A DNA stretch of 35,572 nt from Dehalococcoidia bacterium (GTDB lineage: Bacteria; Chloroflexota; Dehalococcoidia; GIF9; AB-539-J10): assembly GCA_036514775.1 (NCBI GenBank), contig DATBWO010000019.1:1-35572 (forward strand), written 5' to 3'. This document shows, piece after piece, positions 17,543 to 27,551 of this stretch; position 1 is the stretch's first letter, and the number at the start of each line of letters is the position of its first letter. The position numbers and the translations under genes are program-made. The notes under the pieces are model-generated. The model searched no databases and was not told the origin of the DNA. It worked only from the letters and a program-made list of their open reading frames with translations.

Positions 17543-18267
17543 CTAAAATCCTGGACGATTTAATTTCCAGCTTAAGCGGAGACAGCGTAGTCCGTGAGGT
17601 ATATACATGTGTCTTCTGGACCGCAGTGCTTGCTCAGCACTGCGGTCTGGCCTCTACTTTCCATGAGCCACATCCATCTCACAGGTCAGTGAGAAATGCG
17701 GGGAGCTTAACTGGACTATCGGCATTAGAGCTGGCACAGTATGCCAGGTCGGATAATGTTCTGGAGGCATCTATTGGAATGGCAGCCATTAATTCGCTAG
17801 TAGATATTGATGAAGCTAGGTGTGTTAAAGAAAATGCATTTGATGTTCTGGCACGGAAAGGCAGGGGCAAAAATATAGCTATAGTAGGTCGCTTTCCGTG
17901 GATTCCCAAGCTGCGAGCGGTAGCAAGAACGCTTTGGGTCATCGAGCAAAGCCCTCAAGAGGGAGAATTGCCAGCAGAGGCGGTGGCAGAGGTATTGCCT
18001 CAAGCTGACGTGGTTGGGCTTACGGGGACTTCATTCATAAATCACACTGTTGACAGGTTGCTAGACTTAAGTAAGAATAGCTTTGTTGTAATGGTGGGGC
18101 CCACCACGCCTTTATTGCCAGTTTTGTTTGATTACGGTGTGGATATCCTTGCTGGAGTGAGGGTAGTCGAACCTGACAAGACAATTCGTTCTATCAGCCA
18201 GGGTGCCATTTTCAGCCAGGTGGAAGGGGTGAGGCTTGTAACCATGGCTAAGGGAGAGAAAGAATGA
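17539..18267 (+). CDS. DUF4213/DUF364-family protein (putative heavy-metal chelation domain)
   Basis: ATG 17539 overlaps the tupC stop (ATGA), and the stop overlaps the moaA ATG (ATGA). The layout VYTCVFWTAV..., NIAIVGRFP (Rossmann-like) and VVGLTGTSFINHT is typical of DUF364 proteins. The track ORF start at 17410 is an upstream extension. Confidence 0.75.
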   Translation: MTKILDDLISSLSGDSVVREVYTCVFWTAVLAQHCGLASTFHEPHPSHRSVRNAGSLTGLSALELAQYARSDNVLEASIGMAAINSLVDIDEARCVKENAFDVLARKGRGKNIAIVGRFPWIPKLRAVARTLWVIEQSPQEGELPAEAVAEVLPQADVVGLTGTSFINHTVDRLLDLSKNSFVVMVGPTTPLLPVLFDYGVDILAGVRVVEPDKTIRSISQGAIFSQVEGVRLVTMAKGEKE

Positions 18268-19241
18268 CTGGAATTCTTGATTCTTTCGGACGGAGCATAA
18301 ATTACCTCCGGATTTCAGTTACCGACCGTTGTAACCTGCGCTGTATCTATTGCATGCCCCCCGGAGGTGTCCCACAAATTTCTCATAGCGAGGTTCTTTC
18401 TTACGAGGAAATTCGGACTGTTGTACTGGCGGCAGCAGAGCTGGGCATCAACAAGGTAAGGCTCACTGGTGGTGAGCCTTTGGTTAGGGCTGACTTCCCC
18501 CAGCTTGTTAAGATGCTCTCTAAAATTGAGGGAATCGAAGAGCTGTCTTTGACGACAAACGGGACAGTTCTCAAGAAATATGCTCTGGAGCTTAAGGAAG
18601 CGGGCTTGTCCAGAGTTAATGTTAGCCTGGACACACTTAAACCCGATAAATTTCGATACATAACCCGTCTGGGAGAATTAAAAGCTGTTCTTGAGGGCAT
18701 CGAGGCAGCCAAGGAAGCTGGCTTCGATCCGGTCAAAATAAACACCGTAGTCATGCGGGGCATAAACGATGATGAAATACTGGATTTCGCCAGGATGACC
18801 TATGAAGATGGGTGGCATGTCCGGTTCATCGAGCTTATGCCCTTCAAGGGTGTAGCGGAGTTTGTGCCTTCCGCTGAATTGCGACAACATATTAGTTTGC
18901 TTGGCAAGCTTGAGCTTTGTATGCCTGTAGCCAGCAATGGACCTGCTATGTACTACCGCTTATCGGGAGCCAAGGGCACTATAGGCTTCATCAGCCCCCT
19001 CACCGAGCTTTCTTTTTGCTCCCGGTGTAACCGTATGCGACTTACTCCAGATGGCAAGCTACGTCCTTGCCTTCTAGGAGAAGATGAGATTGACTTAAGG
19101 GTGCCGCTACGCAATAATGTCTCGATTGAGGAGCTAAAGAGCCTGATTCTGAAGGCAGTTGCTTCCAAGCCGGAGCATCACCAACTGAATGGAGGCACTA
19201 CTAGGTTGGTAAAGCGAAAAATGTCGCAGATTGGAGGTTGA
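18264..19241 (+). CDS. moaA: GTP 3',8-cyclase MoaA (radical SAM)
   Basis: [10 protein letters not shown] radical-SAM cluster, GGEPL, second cluster [18 protein letters not shown], and the C-terminal GG. Confidence 0.95.
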   Translation: MTGILDSFGRSINYLRISVTDRCNLRCIYCMPPGGVPQISHSEVLSYEEIRTVVLAAAELGINKVRLTGGEPLVRADFPQLVKMLSKIEGIEELSLTTNGTVLKKYALELKEAGLSRVNVSLDTLKPDKFRYITRLGELKAVLEGIEAAKEAGFDPVKINTVVMRGINDDEILDFARMTYEDGWHVRFIELMPFKGVAEFVPSAELRQHISLLGKLELCMPVASNGPAMYYRLSGAKGTIGFISPLTELSFCSRCNRMRLTPDGKLRPCLLGEDEIDLRVPLRNNVSIEELKSLILKAVASKPEHHQLNGGTTRLVKRKMSQIGG

Positions 19242-19243
19242 GA

Positions 19244-19708
19244 ATGGAGTCAAGGCAAATTCGCATGATAGACGTTACCCAGAAAAAAGAAACAGAACGC
19301 CAGGCGATAGCTAAAGGCAAGGTGCAGATGAAGCCTACTACCCTGGAACTTATCCGTAAAGGGGAACTAAAAAAGGGGGACGTCTTAGCCGTAGCGAAAA
19401 CGGCTGGAATCATGGCTGCCAAAGAGACTTACCGCCTTATACCTTTGTGTCACCCTCTCCAGCTCACCCACATTGCAGTTGAATTTGATCTGCCCGAAAA
19501 AGGCTCCGACGAAGTCGGAGTTGAAATCACCGCCAGCGTCAAAGGAGTTGGGAAAACAGGATTTGAAATGGAAGCGCTGGTAGCGGTATCTGTGAGTGCT
19601 CTGACTATTTATGACATGTGCAAAGCAGTGGATAGAGGTATGACCATCGGAGAGATTCACCTGGTAAGGAAGAGTGGAGGTAAAAGCGGGCTTTATCTAG
19701 CCGACTAA
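19244..19708 (+). CDS. moaC: Cyclic pyranopterin monophosphate synthase MoaC
   Basis: Motifs [18 protein letters not shown] and IPLCHPL. ATG 19244 lies 7 nt after a GGAGG SD. Confidence 0.93.
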   Translation: MESRQIRMIDVTQKKETERQAIAKGKVQMKPTTLELIRKGELKKGDVLAVAKTAGIMAAKETYRLIPLCHPLQLTHIAVEFDLPEKGSDEVGVEITASVKGVGKTGFEMEALVAVSVSALTIYDMCKAVDRGMTIGEIHLVRKSGGKSGLYLAD

Positions 19709-20182
19709 CTCTTGCAGCACCATCTTAACCACTTCGGGAATTGCCTGCTCCACCTCAGGCGTGCATTTCTCGCTAAAGCTAGTAATGTCTTTGGCCTCCA
19801 CAGCGAATATAGTGATTGTTGGAGGCATGGCTAAGTCAAGCATCTTTCCTAATTCCAGAGCAGTGGCAAGGTTTATTTGATGAGGCGAGGAAAAGTGTTT
19901 GGTGAGGGAGAAATCTTCGGGCCCAATACGATATATCTGGCCGGTATTCCCTTCCCTGGTTTGGATGGCATCAATGATAATAACTTTATCATAGCCTACA
20001 ATAGAATCTAAAAGGTTGAGGCCAGCTCCGCTTGTTTCAGCTACAGTTACCTGGGGGCTGTTGAGTTGCTTCCCAACCTCTCGCGCCACCCTAATCCCCG
20101 CTCCGTCATCAGAGAGAATGGGATTTCCAATGCCTAAAACCAGGGTTTTCACCTTTCCTCTACAAGAACAATAATCACTCAC
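19697..20182 (-). CDS. [NiFe] hydrogenase maturation endopeptidase (HybD/FrhD family)
   Basis: [19 protein letters not shown] signature. The true start may be the internal GTG at 20152. The 3' end overlaps the convergent moaC by 12 bp. Confidence 0.85.
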   Translation of the reverse strand: MSDYCSCRGKVKTLVLGIGNPILSDDGAGIRVAREVGKQLNSPQVTVAETSGAGLNLLDSIVGYDKVIIIDAIQTREGNTGQIYRIGPEDFSLTKHFSSPHQINLATALELGKMLDLAMPPTITIFAVEAKDITSFSEKCTPEVEQAIPEVVKMVLQELVG

Positions 20183-20187
20183 CCTGC

Positions 20188-20265
20188 TGTCATTCTGAGC
20201 CCCGACTTGTCGGGGCGAAGAATCTTGGTGCTCTTTTTAGACCCTTCGCTTCGCTCAGGGTGACA
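20188..20265. repeat. 78-bp copy of the TIR-bounded palindromic element
   Basis: tgtcattctgag-ccccgacttgtcggggc-gaagaatct ... ctcagggtgaca. It fills most of the mvhA-protease spacer. Confidence 0.75.
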
Positions 20266-20296
20266 TGGAGTGGTTGAATGCTTTTGCGAAAACTTA

Positions 20297-21766
20297 CTAT
20301 GAGATGCCCTGGCTCAGTTTCTTAAGCTCGTTGCCCTGGGCATCATAGATGGTCACTTCCAGAGGCAATTGCCCGGGGAGAGAGTGTGTGGCACAGGACA
20401 AGCAGGGGTCATAGGGGCGCCACGCCATCTCAATACGGTTAAGCAATCCCTCAGTTATCACTACTCCGGGCTTTATGAAGTCTTCGGCTGCTTTCTTAAT
20501 TGACATAAACAAAGGAGCATAGTTATTGGTAGTGCCCACGATCAAGTTACACTTCTTTATCACCCCTCTTTCATCAGTTATGTAATGATGGGTGAGGGTA
20601 CCTCGCGGTGCCTCCACGATGCCCACTCCTTCATCGGGCGTTGCCGTCGGTATGTTGCGAATATCCGTGCTGGTTATTTCAGGGTCTTGACTGAGCTCCA
20701 GCAACCTTTCAGCAGCATAAAGGAGTTCAATCAAACGTGCCCAGTGGGTGGCCAGAGTATAGTTAGCTGGCTTGCCCCCGAGAGTGGAGTACATTTTTTC
20801 ATACTCTTTCTGGGCTAGAGGAGTTGCCATACCATCAGCGGCATTCAACCGGGACAGAGGTGTAGCTCGATACACTCCACTATTTTTGCCGTCAACAAAA
20901 CCTTTCCAGCCAATTTTCTTGAGATAGGGAAACTTGAGATAAGTCCAGGGCTCGACTCGTTCAGCTATATGGTCCAGATAGTCCCGGGGAGCATACTTGC
21001 AGAACTCTTTACCGTCAGGGCCAACTACTCGTACTTTACCATCATAAAAGTTGACCTTATTGTTTTTATCAACCAAGCCCATATTATAGGACTTTTGAGT
21101 AAACGTATCGCTCAGAATCATGTCCAAGTACACTTTATTTTTGAGAACAACGTCGTCGAAGACTTTGAGTGATAATTTGCCAAACTCCACCGACGCTTTG
21201 GCTATTTCTTCTATCTTGGCTCTTTCCTCTTCATTTATGGTTCTGCTCACGCCGCCGGGCAGTCCAAAACAGGGGTGTATGGGACGGCCACCGACTGTTT
21301 GAATAATCCAGTGATTTTGCTTACGGGTATTGATTACAGCACCACCTAGCTCCAATCCTACCTTGGCGATTACTCCCAGGATATTGCGTTCCGCAGGATG
21401 AGCATCTGGCCCCATAACGAAATCAGGGGCAGCAAGGATGTAGAAGTGGGTAGTGTGGTCAGTCACGTAGAAAGCGCTGTAGAGGAGTTCGCGAAGCTTT
21501 TTGGCAGTGCTGGTCGGCTCGACATGAAACAGGTCATCTAAAGCTTTGGTGGCTGCCATGTGGTGGGCTTCAGGACAAACGCCGCAGATACGCTGGGTTA
21601 TCTGAGGCATATCCTCAGCCGGACGTCCCTCAGAAAATTTCTCGAACCCTCTGAGTTCAGGAACCTGGAAATAAACATTGGCTACACTGCCATCCTCTTT
21701 GAGGAAGATGGTAATTTTGCCATGACCTTCAAGGCGGGTAATAGGGTCAATCGTTATCTTTTTCAT
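20297..21766 (-). CDS. mvhA: [NiFe] hydrogenase large subunit, MvhA-like (group 3c-like)
   Basis: RLEGHGKI, the N-terminal Ni-binding motif RICGVCPEAHH and the C-terminal DPCLSCATH, followed by a 28-aa extension of the kind removed by the maturation protease. Confidence 0.92.
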   Translation of the reverse strand: MKKITIDPITRLEGHGKITIFLKEDGSVANVYFQVPELRGFEKFSEGRPAEDMPQITQRICGVCPEAHHMAATKALDDLFHVEPTSTAKKLRELLYSAFYVTDHTTHFYILAAPDFVMGPDAHPAERNILGVIAKVGLELGGAVINTRKQNHWIIQTVGGRPIHPCFGLPGGVSRTINEEERAKIEEIAKASVEFGKLSLKVFDDVVLKNKVYLDMILSDTFTQKSYNMGLVDKNNKVNFYDGKVRVVGPDGKEFCKYAPRDYLDHIAERVEPWTYLKFPYLKKIGWKGFVDGKNSGVYRATPLSRLNAADGMATPLAQKEYEKMYSTLGGKPANYTLATHWARLIELLYAAERLLELSQDPEITSTDIRNIPTATPDEGVGIVEAPRGTLTHHYITDERGVIKKCNLIVGTTNNYAPLFMSIKKAAEDFIKPGVVITEGLLNRIEMAWRPYDPCLSCATHSLPGQLPLEVTIYDAQGNELKKLSQGIS

Positions 21767-22722
21767 TTTATCCTCGCCCTCCTCAGTAATGAATCTGGCA
21801 GACTGTAACGGTAGAAAGTGCCTGCCGGGTCGGGAATATCATCAATTATCCTCTGAATCTCCTCAGGGTCATTGGAGTCAATGATAGACGAGAGAGCACT
21901 CAAAAAATGAGCTCCTTGGTCAACTGCGCCTTCTACCGGCCCGTAGCAGCCGGTGCAAGGCATATTGGCCTGGGGACAAAGAGCGCCACAGCCCCCTCGA
22001 GTAGCTATGCCATAGCACAATAACCCCTGCTCCAGCAGACACTTTTCCGGCTCAGGGATTATTTCATAAGGGCGATAGAATTTTTTGATTTTCTTTTCCT
22101 CTTTCTTACGGGGGCACTCATCGCAAACAGCCTTTACCGAGTGGCTTATGACAGTCCCTTTCGGTGGTAACTTGCCTGAAATCAAAGCTTCAAGGGCAAG
22201 CCAGGTAGTCTTTTCTTCGGGTGGACAACCGGGGACGAAATAATCGACATCCACGGTTTGGGCTAGAGTCTTCACCGTGTCGTAGAACTCAGGAAGCTCG
22301 AGTTCGCCCTCGGGCACCTTAACTTTCGTCTGAGGATAGATTTTCTTAGGATTATCAGTAGACGGCGTTTCAATGTAGACCCGGTCGAACGTCAGCTGCC
22401 GATTGTAGAAGTTGGATAGCCCGGGGATACAGCCTTCATAAGAACAAGAGCCATAAGCTATCATTATTTTGGATTTGGCTCGCAGAAGATGGGCCATGTG
22501 CTCATTTTCTTCATTCCGAATAGCTCCGTTGAAAAGGCAGACATCTACACTCTTATCCGCCATCTTCTCTACGTCAGCATACTTGAAATCCAGGCCCACC
22601 GGCCAGAACACGATGTCGGCAACCTCAGCTAGCTTCAGTATCTTTTCATGTATAGCCAGAGTTGCAATCTCACATCCACCACAACTAGCCGCCCAATAAA
22701 GAGCTATCTTAAGTTTAGCCAT
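21763..22722 (-). CDS. mvhG: [NiFe] hydrogenase small subunit, MvhG-like
   Basis: [14 protein letters not shown]-terminus and multiple Fe-S Cys clusters ([20 protein letters not shown]). ATGA overlap with mvhA. Confidence 0.9.
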   Translation of the reverse strand: MAKLKIALYWAASCGGCEIATLAIHEKILKLAEVADIVFWPVGLDFKYADVEKMADKSVDVCLFNGAIRNEENEHMAHLLRAKSKIMIAYGSCSYEGCIPGLSNFYNRQLTFDRVYIETPSTDNPKKIYPQTKVKVPEGELELPEFYDTVKTLAQTVDVDYFVPGCPPEEKTTWLALEALISGKLPPKGTVISHSVKAVCDECPRKKEEKKIKKFYRPYEIIPEPEKCLLEQGLLCYGIATRGGCGALCPQANMPCTGCYGPVEGAVDQGAHFLSALSSIIDSNDPEEIQRIIDDIPDPAGTFYRYSLPDSLLRRARIK

Positions 22723-23158
22723 GTCTTGCCTCCTTAGAACTTTGCTGGGGAGGACCTAGCGAACTTGGCCCAAGGTTTTTTATGGTTTGGGTAAAATTAT
22801 TAGTTACCTCAGCAAATTTTGCTCCTTCAGACGCAGAAACCCACTCCAGCCGAACTCTTTCTTCCTCTATCCCAAGCTGTTTCAACATCTTCTTAAGCAG
22901 CGGGACGCGGCGCATTGTCTTGTAATTCCCTTCGATATAGTGGCAATCACCGGGATGGCAACCAAGAATTAACACGCCATCAGCACCAATGCTAAGTGCC
23001 TTAAGGACAAAAAGAGGACTTACCCTGCCGCTACACATCACCCTGATTATCCTTATATTGGGGGCGTACTGCATTCTGGAAGTGCCAGCCAGGTCAGCAC
23101 CAGCATAAGAGCACCAATTACAGCAAAAAGCTACTATTTTTGGTTCAAAGTTGTCCAT
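22715..23158 (-). CDS. mvhD: Methyl-viologen-reducing hydrogenase delta subunit MvhD
   Basis: [15 protein letters not shown] and GCHPGDCHY, the MvhD [2Fe-2S] domain signature. Confidence 0.9.
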   Translation of the reverse strand: MDNFEPKIVAFCCNWCSYAGADLAGTSRMQYAPNIRIIRVMCSGRVSPLFVLKALSIGADGVLILGCHPGDCHYIEGNYKTMRRVPLLKKMLKQLGIEEERVRLEWVSASEGAKFAEVTNNFTQTIKNLGPSSLGPPQQSSKEARHG

Positions 23159-23164
23159 CTAGCC

Positions 23165-24562
23165 TTACCTCCTCAAATACTCATCCATATCCCTTGCTGC
23201 ACGGCGAGCAGCGCCCATAGCGCTTATGACCGTAGCGGCGCCGGTAACTATATCCCCACCAGCCCAGACTCGGTCCTTCATTGTCTTGCCGGTAGTCTCA
23301 TCAGCCATTACCGTATCATGCTTAGTTGTCTTCAAATCAGGAGTAGTTTGAGCGATAAGGGGATTGGGACGGGTGCCTAAGGCAGCTACCACCATATCCA
23401 GATCCAGGATAAACTCACTTCCTTCTTTGACAACAGGGCGCCGCCGACCGCTCTCATCAGGCTCACCCAGCCCCATCTCGTAACACTCCATGCCAACTAC
23501 CCAGCCCGACTCATTGCCGATATACCTCTTCGGGTTGGTCAGCAGCTTGAACTGGATTTCCTCCTCCTTGGCATTCTCAACTTCCTCACGACGGGCAGGC
23601 ATCTCTACCTCTGAGCGACGGTAGATAATGTAAACAACGTCAGCCCCAAGCCGCAGAGCACACCGGGCTGAGTCCATAGCTACATTACCACCACCAATCA
23701 CTGCCACCCTTCTGCCCACCAACACCGGCGTATCATATTCAGGAAACTGGTATGCCTTCATCAGATTAACCCGGGTCAGGAACTCATTCGCTGAATAGAT
23801 ACCATTTAAGTTCTCGCCGGGAATGTCCATAAACATGGGTGCTCCGGCACCAGTACCCAGGAAAATAGCATGGTAGCCGCTCTTTAGTAATTCATCCAGC
23901 GTCACCACCTTTCCCACTACCGAATCCAGCTCAATCTTCACTCCCAGGGAAGCGACGTAGGCAACCTCAGCCTGCACAATTTCTTTGGGCAGCCTGAACT
24001 CGGGGATGCCATACATAAGCACCCCGCCAGCCACATGCAATGCTTCAAAAAGAGTAGCGCTATAGCCGAGCTTGGCTAAATCGGCAGAGGCAACCAGTCC
24101 GGCTGGTCCTGAGCCGACCACCGCCACCCGTTTACCAGTTGGTCTGGGCGGCTTTGCTCTGGGGTTTAGAGCTCTCATATTAGCCCGCTCCCAATCAGCC
24201 ACGTAACGCTCCAAGCGTCCGATGGCAATAGGCGCTCCTTTCTTAGCTAGCGAGCATGCTTGTTCACACTGTGTCTCTTGCGGGCAGACCCGCCCGCAGA
24301 TGCCGGGCAGGCTATTCTTATCCTTGAGTATCCTTACCGCTTCGGGCATATTATCGTCAAGGATAGCCTTGATAAAGCCGGGGATATCTATCTCCACCGG
24401 GCAGCCATCAGTACAAGGATGCTTGGGACACTGGAGACAACGGCTTGCCTCGGCTTTAGCCTGCTCGGCGCCGTAACCCAAGGCAACCTCGGTAAAGTTT
24501 TTACCCCGTGTCTTGGGGTCCTGCTTTATCATTGGCTCTCTGTTGAGATTTGCCTTAGCCAT
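23165..24562 (-). CDS. nfnB: NfnB / glutamate synthase small-chain-like NADPH oxidoreductase (SudA-like)
   Basis: CLQCPKHPCTDGCPVEIDIPGFI and GICGRVCPQETQCEQAC Fe-S motifs, plus two dinucleotide folds (VVGSGPAG, VIGGGNVAMD). Confidence 0.9.
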   Translation of the reverse strand: MAKANLNREPMIKQDPKTRGKNFTEVALGYGAEQAKAEASRCLQCPKHPCTDGCPVEIDIPGFIKAILDDNMPEAVRILKDKNSLPGICGRVCPQETQCEQACSLAKKGAPIAIGRLERYVADWERANMRALNPRAKPPRPTGKRVAVVGSGPAGLVASADLAKLGYSATLFEALHVAGGVLMYGIPEFRLPKEIVQAEVAYVASLGVKIELDSVVGKVVTLDELLKSGYHAIFLGTGAGAPMFMDIPGENLNGIYSANEFLTRVNLMKAYQFPEYDTPVLVGRRVAVIGGGNVAMDSARCALRLGADVVYIIYRRSEVEMPARREEVENAKEEEIQFKLLTNPKRYIGNESGWVVGMECYEMGLGEPDESGRRRPVVKEGSEFILDLDMVVAALGTRPNPLIAQTTPDLKTTKHDTVMADETTGKTMKDRVWAGGDIVTGAATVISAMGAARRAARDMDEYLRR

Positions 24563-24583
24563 ATATGTTGTTCAGACCTCCAT

Positions 24584-25423
24584 TCAACAACGCTTGCCCA
24601 CCTGAGCCTGCCAATGCTCAAAAGAGCGTTTCTCCTCATCAAGGTAAATACGCTGCCGGGCTGAGAGCAAGTCCCAGTCTACCTGATGCCCGTCAAAATC
24701 AGGCCCGTCCACGCAGGCAAACTTGGTTACGCCACCAACGGACACCCGGCAACAGCCACACATCCCGGTGCCATCAACCATTATTGGATTCAGGCTAACA
24801 ATAGTTTTCACCCCGAAAGGCCGGGTGGTCAGGGCACAGAACTTCATCATGATGGTCGGGCCAATGGCAATGACTCGGTCAACTTTCTCCCCACTCTCAA
24901 GCAGCTCCTTCAGTGGCACAGTTACTACCCCTTTGCGACCATACGTGCCATCATCGGTAGTAACTATCAGCTGGTGGCTGACACTGCGTAGCTTATCTTC
25001 CCAGAAGAGTAAGTCCTTGCTCCGTGCCCCCAAAATGGAGATAATCTTGTTTCCCTTCTCTTTTAGCGCCCTGGCAATAGGCGCTATGGGCGCAGCACCA
25101 ACCCCTCCCGCCACACAGACTACAGTACCAAATTTGTCAATATGCGCTGGTACACCAAGGGGACCAACAAAGTCAGCAATAGCGTCACCGGCTTTCAGAA
25201 ACGCCAGCCTAAAGGTTGTCGCTCCCACTTCCATAAACACTGTGGTAACACTGCCTTCCTTCTCATTCCAGTCAGCAAGCGTCAGGGGAATACGCTCGCC
25301 CCTTTCATCAATCCTGATGACAACAAATTGCCCCGCCAGCGCTTTTCTAGCAACTGCCGGTGCTTCGATTTTGAAAAGATGAATTTTCGTCGCTAAAGTC
25401 TCTCTATAAGTAATCCGAAACAT
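24584..25423 (-). CDS. nfnA: NfnA / sulfide-dehydrogenase beta-like FAD/NAD(P)-binding subunit (SudB-like)
   Basis: Ferredoxin-NADP-reductase-like fold (GQFVVIRIDERGERIPLTLADW, CVAGGVGAAP) and the C-terminal [2Fe-2S] motif CGCCRVSVGGVTKFACVDGP. Confidence 0.9.
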   Translation of the reverse strand: MFRITYRETLATKIHLFKIEAPAVARKALAGQFVVIRIDERGERIPLTLADWNEKEGSVTTVFMEVGATTFRLAFLKAGDAIADFVGPLGVPAHIDKFGTVVCVAGGVGAAPIAPIARALKEKGNKIISILGARSKDLLFWEDKLRSVSHQLIVTTDDGTYGRKGVVTVPLKELLESGEKVDRVIAIGPTIMMKFCALTTRPFGVKTIVSLNPIMVDGTGMCGCCRVSVGGVTKFACVDGPDFDGHQVDWDLLSARQRIYLDEEKRSFEHWQAQVGKRC

Positions 25424-25438
25424 TTTGTAAACTCCATC

Positions 25439-25579
25439 TCAATTCACTTGGCTAAATAAAGCTTCTACCTGAGCTAGAATTTGCTCATCGGTGAAGTGAT
25501 GCATGGCAATAGCTCCCGAGGGGCAGGCAGCACCTGTTACAGGAAAACCCCACAATTTTGGGCTGAAACCCGTTCCTTT
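25439..25579 (-). pseudogene. Degenerate duplicate of the hdrA 3' end, in frame after the hdrA TGA
   Basis: 46 codons (KGTGFSPKLWGFPVTGAACPSGAIAMHHFTDEQILAQVEALFSQVN*) continue the hdrA frame past its stop. They align with the HdrA C-terminus KGCGVCAGACPSAAITARQFTNEEIVAQVEGVLV, but three of the four cluster cysteines are lost. Confidence 0.55.
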
Positions 25580-27550
25580 TCATACCAGTACTCCTTCTAC
25601 CTGAGCCACAATCTCTTCGTTAGTAAACTGTCTTGCAGTTATCGCTGCGCTAGGACATGCACCAGCACAAACCCCGCAACCTTTGCACAACGCCTCATTA
25701 ATTTGGCAGGCTTTCTTTTCCTCGTCAAAAGAAATAGCACTAAAAGGACAGAGTTCAAGACAGATCTTGCAACCGGAGCATTTCTCTTCATCAATGGCTG
25801 AAACGGCGGCCTCGAGTGTAATTCTGCCTTTGCTTATCATTGCCAGGACCCTTGCTGCTGCTGCTGAAGCTTGGGCTACAGTATCGGGAATATCCTTGGG
25901 ACTCTGGCAACAACCGGCAACAAAAATCCCCTCAGTAGGTGTAGCTACCGGATCAAGTTTAGGATGCCTCTCCAGGAAAAAACCCGTCGCCTTTTGACTT
26001 ATAGTAAAACGATTTGCCACTTCTCCAGCATCGGCTTGAGGCTCCACAGCATTACACAAAATAACCATGTCCACCGGAATACGGAGCATGCTTCCCAGAA
26101 GAGTATCCTCAGCGACCACGATAAGTTTTCCCTTTTCTTCATCATTTATAGCCCGATCGGTGACTTGAGCTACCTTTCCCCGGACAAAGTTGACTCCTTC
26201 GTCTGAAAGACGCTTATAAAATTCCTCGTATCCATCTCCGAAAGAGCGCATATCTATGTATAGCTGGTAGACATCCGCGTTTGGTAGCTCCTCTTTAATA
26301 TAATTTGCTTGTTTTAAGGCATACATACAGCAAACACGCGAGCAATACTCGTGGTAATTCTTATCTCGGCTGCCAACACAATGCACTATGGCCACGCTCT
26401 CTGGTTCCCTGCCATCTTTAAGTTGGATTTTCCCTCCTGTGGGGCCTGTAGGGCTCACTATCCTCTCAAATTCAAGTCCGGTTATAACACCGTCGTATTT
26501 ACCATAGCCATATTGAGAAATGCGTGTTGGATCCATGAGGCCGAAACCAGTGGCTAAGATTATCGAGCCCACTTCAACCTCGAGAATCTGATCCTGCTGA
26601 TTAAAGTCTATTGCCCCCGCGCTGCATAACTTTATGCAAGCTCCGCATTTCTTTCCCCCCGATTTGATATAAATACAGATATTGGGATCAATAGTGGCAA
26701 CGTTGGGCACAGCTTGGGGAAAAGGAATATAAGCAGCTTTTCTCTTTGTTAGGCCTAGCTCAAATTCGCTATCTGTTTTGTAAGGGCATTTTTGCATGCA
26801 TACAGCACAGCCAGTACACTTACTCTCATCCACATATCTTGCCTTCTTTCTTATTTTTGCCTTGAAATTTCCCACGTACCCTGAAACCTCCTGCACCTCA
26901 CTATAGGCTAACAGTTCAATGTAAGGGTGTGAGCCTACCTCACTCATCTTTGGAGTAAGGATACATTGAGAACAATCTAAAGTGGGGAACGTCTTGTCAA
27001 GCTGAATCATATGCCCGCCGATTGAGGGCTCCCTTTCTACCAAATAGACTTTATGCTCAGAGTTGGCAATTTCCAAAGCAGCTTGAATTCCGGCAATCCC
27101 TCCGCCTACAATTAGAGTATTAGGATTATAGGGGGCCTCCTTAACTTCTAAGGCCTCCTGGTAATGAACACGCCTCACCGCAGCGTCAACCAAAGCCTTC
27201 GCTTTCTCTGTATTTGCCTCTTTGTCTTCATTGATCCAAGAGCATTGCTCCCTTATATTTACCATTTCGAATAGATAACGATTTAAACCGGCGCTCTCAC
27301 AAACCCGGCGGAATGTGAGCTCATGCAACCTCGGGGAGCAAGAAGCGACTATAACACGATTAAGGTTATATTCCTTAATGTCTTTTCTAATAAGGTCTTG
27401 CCCTGGGTCGGAACACATGAATACATAATCACGGGATAGCACTACTCCAGGCAATGTCCCGGCATATCTTGCTACCTCTGCCACGTCAACTGTTGCTGCA
27501 ATATTCACTCCACAGTGACAAACATAAACACCAATCTTCACTTCTTCCAT
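25580..27550 (-). CDS. hdrA: Heterodisulfide reductase subunit A (HdrA-like flavoprotein)
   Basis: VYVCHCGVNIAATVD N-terminus, FAD fold IVGGGIAGIQAALE, inserted ferredoxin domain CTGCAVCMQKCP and C-terminal CSGCKICLELCP...CKGCGVCAGACP. Confidence 0.93.
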   Translation of the reverse strand: MEEVKIGVYVCHCGVNIAATVDVAEVARYAGTLPGVVLSRDYVFMCSDPGQDLIRKDIKEYNLNRVIVASCSPRLHELTFRRVCESAGLNRYLFEMVNIREQCSWINEDKEANTEKAKALVDAAVRRVHYQEALEVKEAPYNPNTLIVGGGIAGIQAALEIANSEHKVYLVEREPSIGGHMIQLDKTFPTLDCSQCILTPKMSEVGSHPYIELLAYSEVQEVSGYVGNFKAKIRKKARYVDESKCTGCAVCMQKCPYKTDSEFELGLTKRKAAYIPFPQAVPNVATIDPNICIYIKSGGKKCGACIKLCSAGAIDFNQQDQILEVEVGSIILATGFGLMDPTRISQYGYGKYDGVITGLEFERIVSPTGPTGGKIQLKDGREPESVAIVHCVGSRDKNYHEYCSRVCCMYALKQANYIKEELPNADVYQLYIDMRSFGDGYEEFYKRLSDEGVNFVRGKVAQVTDRAINDEEKGKLIVVAEDTLLGSMLRIPVDMVILCNAVEPQADAGEVANRFTISQKATGFFLERHPKLDPVATPTEGIFVAGCCQSPKDIPDTVAQASAAAARVLAMISKGRITLEAAVSAIDEEKCSGCKICLELCPFSAISFDEEKKACQINEALCKGCGVCAGACPSAAITARQFTNEEIVAQVEGVLV

Positions 27551-27551
27551 T

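Noticed and set aside
20384-20410. Possible [NiFeSe] hydrogenase
   Set aside because: The C-terminal Ni-binding motif reads DPCLSCATH with ordinary Cys codons (tgc, tgt) and no in-frame TGA.
24723-25382. 219-aa plus-strand ORF and neighbours (24565-24798, 24686-24991, 25142-25396) opposite nfnA
   Set aside because: The translation is low-complexity and Ser/Thr/Pro/Ala-rich with no motifs. It is fully overlapped by the well-supported nfnA on the other strand.
25580-25582. The hdrA TGA as a selenocysteine codon, given the in-frame continuation
   Set aside because: The continuation is a degenerate copy of the preceding C-terminus with the cluster cysteines lost. The TGA does not align with a Cys position, and I see no convincing SECIS-like hairpin just downstream. 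A decaying duplication is simpler.
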